64,000 nucleotides of DNA, taken from an uncultured virus (IMG/VR IMGVR_UViG_3300025000_000004). Taxonomy: Duplodnaviria; Heunggongvirae; Uroviricota; Caudoviricetes; Crassvirales. Numbering within the stretch: the stretch's first letter is position 1; every line of letters begins with the position of its first letter. Under the pieces are notes generated by a model that had not been told where the DNA came from, did no database searches, and worked only from the letters and a program-made list of their open reading frames with translations. The stretch lies in IMG/VR virus record IMGVR_UViG_3300025000_000004; one strand, written 5' to 3'. A program made the translations under genes and the position numbers. Below, piece by piece: positions 31,043 to 43,100 of this stretch.

Positions 31043-32148
31043 TGAAAAAAGAAACATTTGCTGATCGTGCCAAGAAAATCACTCAAAAGTATAAAAGAAG
31101 ACTTGGTGAAAATTTTGATAAGGGTGACCGTCTTGCTATTGAAGCTATGAATCAGGAGCTTTCTGCTCTTAGAGATGAGCAGGAACAGGCAAGAATGGAA
31201 GAACTTGGTGCATCAGAAGGACAGGAAATACCTCAATATGATATTGGTGGTACTTTATTTAATGCATTGAGCAACGTTAAATCAGGTCTGTTTAAAGGTA
31301 TGGGAGGAGGTCCGACATCAAATCCTCAGGATAGACCGGGATTACTTGGAAGATTACTCCAGCCGGGAGGTGAAGGTGATCCTTACAAATCAAGAGTTCC
31401 TTGGATGGGAATGGCATCTCAGATAGCAGGTAATATGCTTATGAACAAAGAGATTGATCTTCCTGAATATAATTACGAAGAATATAAACCCGGACAAGTA
31501 TCACCTAATCTTGTTAACTATGGAAGAGAAAGAGAACAAGTGATGAGAGAACGTGATCAGGCTAATCAAATGGTTATGGGTGCAGCAAGAGGATCAGGTA
31601 GTCAGGCATCACTTATGGAGAATATTCAAGCAGGAGCAACAGGTACTCAAAGAGTTGCAGGTGATCAGTTTGGTCGTAGTCTTGAGACAGAAGGTAATAT
31701 GAATGCTCAGATTATGAATGAATCACAACAGCTTAATGAAGCTAACAGACAACGTGCTTCTGAAATGAATAATCGTAATCAGATGTTTGCTACTAATCTT
31801 GAACGTGAAAATATGATGATTAATGCTGATAGAAAAGATGCAAGAACCTCTGGAATAATGGGAGCTATAACAGGTTACGGAAAAGATAGGATGGCTGCAG
31901 ATCAGTATGATCAGATGCTTGAAATGGCAACTCCTGAAAATTACAGAATGGGTGTTGGTAAAGATAGTCCTTTAAGAAGGTTGTTAGGTGTTTCTCCTAC
32001 AATGAAAAGATTCTTTAATAATACAGGAGATGTGACAAGTGAACCTAAAATGGAAAAAGGTGGACAACTCTCAAGTATTCAATTATTCGGAGATGAGGAA
32101 TATGAAAGATTGATGATGCGTACCAAAAGAAATAAAAACAAGAAGTAA
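31042..32148 (+). CDS. Putative internal virion (ejection/cargo) protein
   Basis: KETFADRAKKI start; Gln/Asn/Met-rich helical body. Confidence 0.55.
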   Translation: MKKETFADRAKKITQKYKRRLGENFDKGDRLAIEAMNQELSALRDEQEQARMEELGASEGQEIPQYDIGGTLFNALSNVKSGLFKGMGGGPTSNPQDRPGLLGRLLQPGGEGDPYKSRVPWMGMASQIAGNMLMNKEIDLPEYNYEEYKPGQVSPNLVNYGREREQVMRERDQANQMVMGAARGSGSQASLMENIQAGATGTQRVAGDQFGRSLETEGNMNAQIMNESQQLNEANRQRASEMNNRNQMFATNLERENMMINADRKDARTSGIMGAITGYGKDRMAADQYDQMLEMATPENYRMGVGKDSPLRRLLGVSPTMKRFFNNTGDVTSEPKMEKGGQLSSIQLFGDEEYERLMMRTKRNKNKK

Positions 32149-34154
32149 TGGCAGAAAGATATAACTATAGCGGAGGTAGAGGAGGTTCTTCGTCAATGTA
32201 TCGTTACAATGAACCATCGGTATCTCAGTACGAATCATTCTTTAATCCTATACCTCTTGAGTTTGTACAGCAGAATTTGCAACAGCATCAGCAGAAATAT
32301 GATGTTGGATATGGAGAAGCTCTTGCAGCAAAAGATATGTATGGCGGTGCAGAAGTTAGTGAGAATGATATAGCTAATAAAAATAAGATTGTTGGTGATT
32401 TCACTAATAATATGGATACTGTAGTTAAAGAAAAATATGGTGGTGATTGGGGTCGTGCTTCAAAAGAAGTTGCTCGTATGGTTACCAGCGTAAGACAAAA
32501 TCCTTTCTGGGATACTGCTAAGATTCTTAAAGAACGTCAAGCAGAAGAAAGAAAACGTACAAGTGAATATGGTAACAATACATTAGTGTTTAAAAGTCTT
32601 ATGGGTCAAGGATCAATTGATCCTGCTACAGGTAAAACTATTACTCCTGACCAATTACAATATGATATTCTTGAAAAAGGTGATTGGAATAAAACGATAC
32701 AAGAAGTAATAGGTAAAATAAATCCTGACTCGAATCCTTATGGGTTATCAAAAGAAGATTTTGGATTTTTAAGAAGTGGTCAGATAACAGAAATATCACC
32801 AACAAAACTTAAAAAAATTGCAGAAGACCCTAATATACAGCAAGCTATTATAAGTGCTCATCCTGAGATGGCAAGAGCTTTTAATGAATTACCTAAACAG
32901 AAATCAAGTCTATTTGGAGAAGATGCTGATACTCTTCAAAAAGGTGTTCAGAATTTAATATACGGTAATATTAATTCACAACAATATAAACAAAATGAAC
33001 AACGACATACACAAGATTGGGAATTAGAAATGCAACGAAAAGCATCTGCTGCTACTACTTCGACAAGTTCATTTGGACCTGCAAGAGAAATGGCTGCATA
33101 TGATACAGGATATGGAACTACAGATGAACAAAAAAGAACTGCAAAAACATTTTTATATGATCAAGATGGGAATCTTAAAGAAAATACTAATGCAACATTT
33201 GGAGTTTTAACTCCTACTGAAAAAGAATTAAATATGGTATATAATCCTTCTGTACTTTCGTCATCTGAAAAAGCAAGGCTTGATTATCAAAATGATTTAT
33301 CAAAATATACTGAAAAAATTAAAGCTGAAAGAGAAGCTGATCCACTTTATCAACAACGTAAAAATCAATTTACGATGATCAAAAATACTGTTGATGATCT
33401 ACGTAAAAACAATTCTGAATTAACAAAAGGAAAATCAGATAGTGAAGTATATAATGCTTTTTTACAAGATAGAGAAGGAAGATATAAGAAATCTCTTGAT
33501 ACAAGTGTTCCTATTTTAAATCCTGTTATTAATGAGGCAGTTGGGGTGTCTGTATCTAATAATATAAATGGAACTGAATTTTTTCTTACCGATGGATCAA
33601 GAGTTACAAGAGATTGGAATGATAAAAAAGGAATAGGATCAATAACAAATATTCCTTATGAAGTGTTTCAAGAGATGATGGTTAAAGGAAAATTTCCTCT
33701 TGCTTATAATATAACAAGAGGATCGAATTATATAGAAATTCCAGTTGTCGAAGGTGATATTAAAAGAACCACAGCAGGAGAAATAGATTGGACTGAAACA
33801 AAAACAAAAGGTAAAAAGACTGTTTATTTTTCTCCTGATAAGCAACTTGCAGGTGTGGCAAAACTTATTCCTCAACTTGATGCAATGCTTAAAGATAGAA
33901 ATACTCAAGCTATAATTCCTGATGATTTTTCTATGTTTGGTATAGAAGGATTTGATAAAAATAAAATTGATTATCGTGGAGATGTGAATAAGCAAGAAGT
34001 TTTCAAGATGCGAAGAGAACAGGGCGAAAATGAATCAGATGAAGCATATCAAAAAAATCCTTATGAATGGTATTCTCTTGATGAAATAAGAGATCATATG
34101 AAAAGTTTTGTAGATACTTATATGAATAATACTTATGGTCAATTTAAACAATAA
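32148..34154 (+). CDS. Putative ejection/RNAP-associated virion protein
   Basis: 668 aa; SQYESFFNPIPLEF N-terminus; directly before the virion RNAP gene. Confidence 0.5.
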   Translation: MAERYNYSGGRGGSSSMYRYNEPSVSQYESFFNPIPLEFVQQNLQQHQQKYDVGYGEALAAKDMYGGAEVSENDIANKNKIVGDFTNNMDTVVKEKYGGDWGRASKEVARMVTSVRQNPFWDTAKILKERQAEERKRTSEYGNNTLVFKSLMGQGSIDPATGKTITPDQLQYDILEKGDWNKTIQEVIGKINPDSNPYGLSKEDFGFLRSGQITEISPTKLKKIAEDPNIQQAIISAHPEMARAFNELPKQKSSLFGEDADTLQKGVQNLIYGNINSQQYKQNEQRHTQDWELEMQRKASAATTSTSSFGPAREMAAYDTGYGTTDEQKRTAKTFLYDQDGNLKENTNATFGVLTPTEKELNMVYNPSVLSSSEKARLDYQNDLSKYTEKIKAEREADPLYQQRKNQFTMIKNTVDDLRKNNSELTKGKSDSEVYNAFLQDREGRYKKSLDTSVPILNPVINEAVGVSVSNNINGTEFFLTDGSRVTRDWNDKKGIGSITNIPYEVFQEMMVKGKFPLAYNITRGSNYIEIPVVEGDIKRTTAGEIDWTETKTKGKKTVYFSPDKQLAGVAKLIPQLDAMLKDRNTQAIIPDDFSMFGIEGFDKNKIDYRGDVNKQEVFKMRREQGENESDEAYQKNPYEWYSLDEIRDHMKSFVDTYMNNTYGQFKQ

Positions 34155-34166
34155 TAGAATTGTATT

Positions 34167-37100
34167 ATGCCAGATAAACCAAGAATTTTAAATCCCTTAG
34201 TTGATAATGCTATTGATCCTGCTACTGGATTAACATCTACAAAACAAAAAAAATCACCTATTAATTTCGATTCGTTAATCGGAACTGCTGCTGTATTATC
34301 AGAAGGTTCACAAGATGTGGGTAATTATTTTGATAGTAAAAGCAGATATGATAATAATATTACAAGAAGTGATTTAGATAATCTTGAACGTGAACGTGCA
34401 TTAAAACAACCTATTGGTGTTAAAGCATTCAATTCTGTTGTAGGAGGTGTTGCGTCAGGTTTGCTTACAGCTGTTGAAGACTTTGGATATATTCTTGATT
34501 TCGATAATAATATTAAGCGTCTGACTGGTGCAGAACAAGTAGAAGAAAACTGGTTGACATCTGCAATGCAGGATACCAAAGAAGGTCTTGAGAAAGCTAT
34601 GCCTATCTATCGTCTTAATAAAGACAAGGTTTTCGATTGGAGTGATCCCGGTTTCTATTTCTCTACTCTTAAAGGTGTTCTTGACAGTGCAGTAGGATTT
34701 GCTATCCCCGGTATGGCTGCATCTAAAGGTATTGGTGCTATTCAGAGAGGGATAAGAATGTCCAAATATCTTGAATTCTTAAAGACAAGTAAAGGAGCAG
34801 AACAAATAATCAATTCTCTTGCATCAGGTTACATTACCAACTTTGGAGAAGGTAAGATGATGGCTGTTGAACAGTTTGAGAATTCAATGAATACACTTCA
34901 ACAAGGTCTTGTTCAGGATATATTTGAACAGTATAAAACATTAAATCCTGATCTTCCTGCTGAAGAGTTATACGGTATGGCTCAGAAAGATGCTCAACAA
35001 CAGCTTAATAATGGATTGAAAAAAGATTTTGAAAATATTGCTGGTAATGAAGCTAATAACTTTATGACTCGCAATAAAGTATTTATGCTTACTGATGCTA
35101 TTGGTTTGCATGGAATACATAAAGGAGCAGGATTTACACGCTCTCTGATTAAAGATAAAGGACTTACTGCTTGGGCAAAGAGATTTGGTGAACTCTCAAG
35201 TGATAATTTATTACTACAAGCTGGTAAGGAAGGAATTGAAGAAATCAGTCAGAACGTTCTTCAGATGGAAGGAGAATATCAGGCTGTCAAGAAAGCAGGA
35301 AGAGATGTTTCTGCTACACCTGATAATCTTGCTGATCGTGTATATCAGTTTGCTACATCAGAACAGGCATTACTTGAAGGTATGATGGGTCTTTTTGGTG
35401 GAGGTCCGCAACGTATTCTTACTGAAGCTGTTTCAGGAAACTTTTCTAAAGGTGCAAAAGATCAGAAGGCTAAACAATATCAAGATCAGCAGGATCAGAT
35501 AGCAAAAAATACAGAATATCTTAATAGTAAACTTGGTAGCTATGCAAGAGCACAGGCGTTACGTGCAGAAGCTATTGCCAAAGGGGAAGATAAACTTGCT
35601 GATTACATTAAAGATAGTCAGTTCTTAACTCTTGCTACTGAGAACTTTGCAAGAGGAACTACTGAAAAACTTGAACGCAGTCTTAAAGATATCGTTGAAG
35701 GAGTAAGTGAAGAAGAACGTATTGCTAATGGATGGGATGAGAACTATCAGGAACAGGCTCAGGAACAACTCGACGAGTTAAAGAGACTTGAGAGTGCATA
35801 TAATAAGTATACCCGTTACGAGAATCAGGCAGAGGTATTTCAGAATCGTGAATCGAGAAGACTTCTTCAGAGAGATAAAGAGAGGCTTGAGAACTACCTT
35901 GAGGATATAGATATGCGTCTTGACATGGAAGCCGATCAGAAAGACCCTGAATTAGTTAAAGAAAAAGGATACATAGAAAGACAACTTAAACGTGTTACTG
36001 AACATATCGGTAACTTCGATAACAGTTATAAGGAAATGACTTCTGCTAAAGCACAGCAGTCGATCAGAAAACAGAAAGAACAAATTATCAAAGATGCACG
36101 TGAGAAAGGTAAGGAGTTAAGAGAGAGAAGAAGAAAACAAGCTCAGGATGCAGCTGCACAAGAAAGAAAGAAAGCAAATGAAAAGAAAAAAGACCTGCAA
36201 GAAGAGGAGAAAAAGGTAAACAAACCATCCAAGAAGAAGGAAGAAGAGGAAGAACCAAAGAAAGCTCCAGATGTTCAACAGGAAGTACCAGAGCCAGATA
36301 TTGAGATATCTGCTCTTTCTGAACCTGTAGAGAACGAAGGTCCTGATGTCGATCAGATAAGTGAACCTGTAGAGGATGAGGTTGCTGTTGATCCTGACAT
36401 CAAAGGAATGAGTGCTGACGAAGTTGTTGATCAGGAGAAAGTAAAGTTATCTCAGGATCAGTTCGACAGCACTTCTGATAAACTATTTGATGACTTTGAA
36501 AAGAACTTTAAACCAGAAGCTCTTATAGAAGGTGAAGGTCTTTCTGAAGCTCAGAAAAGAGTTGGTCTTCTTGAGACTATGATTGAGAAAGCTACAGAGA
36601 TTAAAGGTAAACAAAAAATTACCTTTGATGATCTGATTGATATGCTTCTTGATCGTCACAGAAAGAAGAGAGTTGGAATGTTCTATAACATGATACAGGG
36701 TCTTTGGGTGCAAACTCATCCTAATCATGTATGGATAAACAGTCTTGAAGATCAACTGAATATTACTCCTGATGAACAAAAGGAACTTGATAACAGTAAA
36801 AAGGAATCTAAGACAACTTTCAACGAGCAGTTTACTAATGCTACTGCAGAAGAAGTTAACAAAGAATTTGATCAGATAACAAAAGAAGTTGCACAATCTG
36901 CTAACCCGTCTTCTTCACTTGAAGTTGAATATCTGAGAGTTGAAAGTGGTTCAGGTATAATTGCTTATCTGTCAAGATTATACAGACAGACAAAAGACTT
37001 ATTCTTCGTACAGAGAAAAGACGTTGACAATTATATCAATAGTGAAATTCAGGATAAAGCTATTCTTGATCCTGAGAAATATCCTGTTGGTACGAAAGTT

Positions 37101-40100
37101 ACTCTTGTAGTAGAAGATGATGATAAAGCAAAAGTGTATGTTGATTCATCTACAACAGGTGAGAAGATACGTACAACTTGGGGAGCTAAGAAAGCTTCAT
37201 GGAAAACTAATAGGGTTCTTGGAGAAGAACAGAGATACAAAGAACTTTATGAAGAAGAAGTTCCTATTGCTATATATGTCGGATCGAAGAAGATAGGGTA
37301 TCTTCACGAATCAAGCTGGATTAATTCAATGAACGTTCATGGCGACGTAGCAAAGGATAAAGAGAGAAGCAAGAAGATCAGGAAGTATATAGTTCAGCGT
37401 GGAACATTTGAGACTGCTATATCAGGCAGGACAAGTGGATTCTTATGGAGAGTTGCCAATAAACAACTTATTACTACATCAGAAGCTCTTCCCGATTCTA
37501 ATCTTCCTATCGTCGTAGTTAAGAACGGAAGTTTATACACATCAAGAAATGAAACATACAATGGAAAACTTCTTAACAAGACTGCTTTAAAGGAAGGTAT
37601 AACTTATACAGTTATTCCATCTACTGATGGTCTTATCGCTGTTCCTCTTATGAATAAGAAACTTTCTGAGAATCCTAACATTGCAGCGACGATCAGAAAA
37701 GTTCTGGAGATATACATGACCAACGATACTACTCCTGAAGCTCAATCAATTGTAAATGAAGTCTTTAAGAGTACAGGAAAGAACATAACGACTGCAATTG
37801 GTGTATCAGAGTTCATCAATATGTTTGTTCATATGACAGATGTAGGGAAAGGAAATTTAAATCTTGAAACTTATCTGATAAAGAATTCAACCAATGAACA
37901 ATCTAAAGACGGATTTGCTACATCTTTCCTTCGTGAAGGAGGACTGGACTTACAGTTTGAAACTGCACTCGGAAGAGGAATAAGACCATTAACTGTTTCA
38001 AGAAAGTCTCTTGCAAACTTACCGACTGAAAAACGTAAACTTTTATTTGAAGGTATTGAGAAGAATCTCAATGCAATGTTCATTAACGTTAGTCTGGATT
38101 CAATAGGTGAAGAAAACAGAAACGTTTTTATACTTAATGAAGCTACAAAATCTTATAAGGAACATGTTCGTTCAATGACTAAATCTGCATTTCTTGGTCA
38201 GAATGTTGCAGAAGAAGGTCAACCACCTAAGTATGTATACAATGTACAACCTGTTATTACGCTTGATTTCAATCAGGTAGATAATAATGATGAGCAGACA
38301 GGTAAACCTATTATAGGAAAAGAAGAAAAAGAGGGTTATGAACAAAGACCTTCAGATGAATACGATGCTGATAGATTTGGAGAACAAGCAGAAAAAGAAT
38401 CAGAATCAGAACCAACTGCTCCTAAATATGATAATACCTATGAAGGTGATATGGACTTCACAAGTGATTTTGAAGAAAGTCTTATGCCACGATCAGTTGT
38501 TCCTCTTGGAGATTTAGAAGTTGAAAATATTAAAACTCTTTCTGAAGTAACAGAAGTAGGACAAGATGAGGTAAGAGGAGTTATCATATCTGCATTTGGT
38601 AGTGCCGCTAAACAAGATCAGATTGTTGATTATATACGTTCCAAGATTCTTGATAGAATATTTAAAGAGAAAAGAGTTTCAAGGAATAAGTCATTCAAAG
38701 AAATCCGTTCAACATTTGTAACCAATCTTGATAAACTAAAAGAGAATCTTGCACTTGCAACAGAATCGAATGATCAGATAGCGATTGATCGTTTCACCAA
38801 AGCGATTACAGAGGTTAATCTGATACTTGATAATTGGAATAAACTTGAGAGACTTGTCATCAAGCAAATGAACCGTATTGATAACATTAAGGTTATCGAA
38901 CGTGATGATGATGTAACAGAAGAAGAAGAGGAAGCAGAAAACGAAACTGCTCATTACTCAGAAGCTGCAGTCTTTACAACTCCTCCTACAGATAGGTTAG
39001 CTCCACAGGTTAAACAGTTCCTTTCAGGTATAAGTAAATGGAGAGAAGATCCTAACAATGATGGTAAGTTTATTCCTGATAAGAACTACTTTGGTGCTCA
39101 GAGAACAATGGATTTCTGGGATGTATATAACATTCTTCAGAGAATAACTCCCGGTAGAAGACCAGACTATAATGAGTTGATTCAGGCATTAAGAGAACAT
39201 ACTGATACATTTCCGTTCTTGAATGAGGTAATTACCAAGCTTGAGAATGCTCCACAACAACTTCGTAATCAGTTTGTTTCAGCAATGACAAACCATTATG
39301 TTGATATGAAGTTCGTTACTTTCGGAAGAAACAGCTCAGGATCATTTGAACTTAAAGAACTTGATTCTGATTCAAATGCAATTCAAAGAGTTATACTTAC
39401 TGATTGGAATGGAAAGACACTTGAACGTATCGGAAAGATAAACGTTGAAGGTGACGATATAGTACTCGATCAGGTATTAGCCAATGCATTAATTGCCACA
39501 TGGAAGAGATTTGAAAAGACTCATCAATATTCAGTAGAAGAACTTGCAGGATGGTTTCATCAACTCGGTATTGATCTTACCGAACAGACTTGGAGAGATA
39601 TAGAGAATGGTAAATATAAACATCTCGGTAAAGTTCAGACTCTTCAGAATTTTGTTGAGAATACAGTTATGAAGATTCTCACTAACCAGCTTTCAAAGAT
39701 GGGAGATAGTTCTCTTGTATTAGGCGGAAATAGAATTGTTGATCAGAATGTTGTAAAGTCACTTGCAAAATACGACGCTAAGTATCGTACAAGTTCATTC
39801 AGTAATTCTCACAAATCAGGATTAAAAACTGTTTACTCATACAGTCTTAATAAGTTCTTGGTAAATCGTGTACGTGAGTTAAAAGAAGGAACACTTCTTA
39901 AAACTCTTGCGAAACTTTCTTTCAACGGACAATCTGTATGGGCAAATGCTCTCTCAAACGATCAGAGTGGTTTTAAAGACAACTTTAACCACTGGACAGT
40001 ATCTCTTGAAGCTTTAAAGAGAGAAGGCAGCAAATCGAAGAATAACAGGGAACTAAACAATCTTTCAGAAGCCGAGATAGAACTTGTGAAGATTGCTATG

Positions 40101-43100
40101 CTGCAAGCTGACAGGGAGGACTTGTCAGGAAAGAATCAGCGTATAATCAGAGTTCTCTATCCGACTACATCTGACAAAACAACTGCAATGGGATTAACTG
40201 TTGTGGCTCAGAAACTTGTTCTTGATCCTGACGGAAACATAACTGATGAATCAATTGACGCACTTGTTGATGTTGTAGCACGTCCTGAGATTGAAAGAAT
40301 TAAAATGTTTCAGCTTAAAAACGAAACAAACAAAATAAATCTTAAAGGATATAATAAAGGAGCTTCTCAGTTCCTGATGTTTCCTGAACTTAATACTCTT
40401 ATATGGACTGATAAAGATGGTGTGGTTCAGAAGATGTTCAATGCTAACGGTACTATAAACGGTGATATTGGTTCTCCTGAGTCTATGACAGCTATAAGAA
40501 AAGCTGTAAGAGTACATTTTGATTCTCTGCTTGCTGAGAAACTTGTGATGTGGAATACAAACGGTATTGGTACTAACCCTAAGACCAAAGCATTCCAGTA
40601 TATGCATCAGTCATTCCTGATGGGAACAACTGCAAAAGGAGCTAATCCTCTTGCTCATGTAAACGTACAGGAGAAAGTTAAAGCTGCTGCAACTGATATG
40701 ATATTCCAGTATCTTATTGCAAATGCTGAGATTCATAAGATGTTTACAGGTGATCCTGCACTCTACTACAAACAATCAGCAATTAATAAAGGTAAGGCTA
40801 AGACCAGTTCAGAATATGATTTTGTAGCTGATGCAGAAGAGACATACGCAAATATAAATAAACGTCTTGCTGCTGATATAGCTCCGGGAATGGAACTTGC
40901 ACAGGCTAATGGTGACATGTACACTCAGGCAATTCTTAAAGACTCTGCTTCTGCATCTCTTGCACGTTTTGAAATTACAGAGATTCTTGATGGTAAAGAG
41001 AAAGCAGATAAGGTAAGAGAAGAATGGAAGAAATTTGAGAACGGTGAGATATCTGAGGATCAATTTAATAAGTCTCTCAAAGGACTTATGAGTGAAAAGT
41101 ATTACAGTTTTGATGGTACTGATGCTCAGGAATATGTTACTTGGCAGGAACATCTTCACGTAATGAAACAGTTAGGTGAGATATCTGATGAAGAATACAA
41201 GAGTGCATACGAAACATTAAGCAAGGGAGAAAATCTCGGACATGAACTTATGGGTAAGGTTATGCAACCTATGAAACCAGTTTATGTTGATAACCAGATA
41301 GATGAAGCAAATGATGTAGAAAAAAGAATCTATATTAAATCTTCTGCTTTTGCATTATTCCCTCAACTCACAAGAGGATTATCACTTGATAATCTTCGTC
41401 AGGCAATGGAGAATCAAAAAGTTTCACGTGCTGCATTTATGACAGCTGTTAAACTTGGTGGTATAGACAATGCAGTAGATATATGGGGAGAGAATGGAAC
41501 GATCATATCTCCTGATCAAATATCATTTGAAGGATCAACTCTGACCCTTAACAGAAAAGGTTTCAGAATACAGCAGAGAGTACCTTATGATCCTAAGAAA
41601 TCAATGATTAACAAGGTTACTCAGGCATCTAAGAACCTATTTGTTAATATGCTTGAGGTAGAAGGGTTTGTTTTTGAAGGAAAAGAATATACTGGAGCTG
41701 AACTGCAGCAAATTTATTATGATATATATGGCAGGCTTCATGAGATCGAGAAAGATGCACTTGTAAAAGAAGTAGGATATAATGAGACAACTGGAAAAAT
41801 AGCAGACATCTCTAAACTGAGAACGCTTCTTATACAAGAGTCAAGGGAGAGAGGTTATCCATTATCAGATCAGGAACTTGTCGAACTGGACAAAGAACTT
41901 AAATTTCTTGCATTCTCATCATCTGCAAACAAATATGAATCTCTGCTTAACTCTCTTGTAACCAGTAGGATTATTCGTCTTAAGATGCCGGGGAAATCTT
42001 TCGTACTTGGTTCGGAAGAAGGATTCAAAGGACTGTTAACAGAAACTAAAGAAGAGATTGCTAAGAGAGACGGTATAGTATTTACTTCTGCATATGATCC
42101 TAAGACAGGTCTTAAACCAGCAAGAATAGAAAACGGAGTAAGAAAACCATCTCAGGCTCTTGTTCCTTGGAAATTTAAAACTAAAGACGGAGATAAAGTA
42201 AGTATTACAAGATATATTAAGGATGGTAAGATTGATCTTACAAAAGTTCCTGAAGAAGTTCTGCAGTTATTCGGGATGAGAATTCCTAACCAAGGTCCTA
42301 ACTCACAAGCTTGGATTGAGATTGTTGGTTTCTTACCTGAAGCATCAGGCGATCTTCTTATTGCTACAAGAGATTTTGTAGTACAGATGGGTTCTGACTT
42401 TGACGTAGATAAGCTTTATACATATATGTATGGCTACTACTTTGATAATGAAGGAAATATCAAAATTCATAGAGAGAAAAAAGGAAAGAATGAAGCAGAT
42501 GTAGAGAAGAATAGGATCATTGATATCCATCTTGCTATCCATAAGAATGCTGATAGTCGTGTTCAGTCACAGATTGCAAGTCCTCTTGATACAAAGAGAC
42601 TAAAGAAATTTAGTGGTGATATTACTGAACTGAGAAAGAAAAGAGAAATCTCTGAGTCACCTGAAGGAAGAGCAAGACTTTATACAGGTCTATCTGATGA
42701 TGTTCAGAGACGTAAATTTAAAGAAGGTACGGCAGGTAAGTCTGGTGTTGGTGTATTCTCTCTGGATAATATGTTCAATGCTATTGCCCAAGGGAAAGGA
42801 TTGAAGTTTATGATCAGTTCCAAAGAAGCACTGACACTTCAGATTGGTAAAAAAGTATCTAACGGAGATATGTCAAGAGAATTAACTCTTGATGGTAAGG
42901 ATTATATATCAGACATTATTGCTGAATATCAATCTGCTGCTGTGGATAATGCAAAAGAACCTATCCTTGATAAACTGAATATCAATACTCATACCTTCAA
43001 AGTAATCAAGATACTTAATCAGCTTGGTTTTACAGAAGAGGTTGCTTATATACTTGCTCAGGATATAATTGTTGATTATGTCAACGAACTTGAAAGAATG

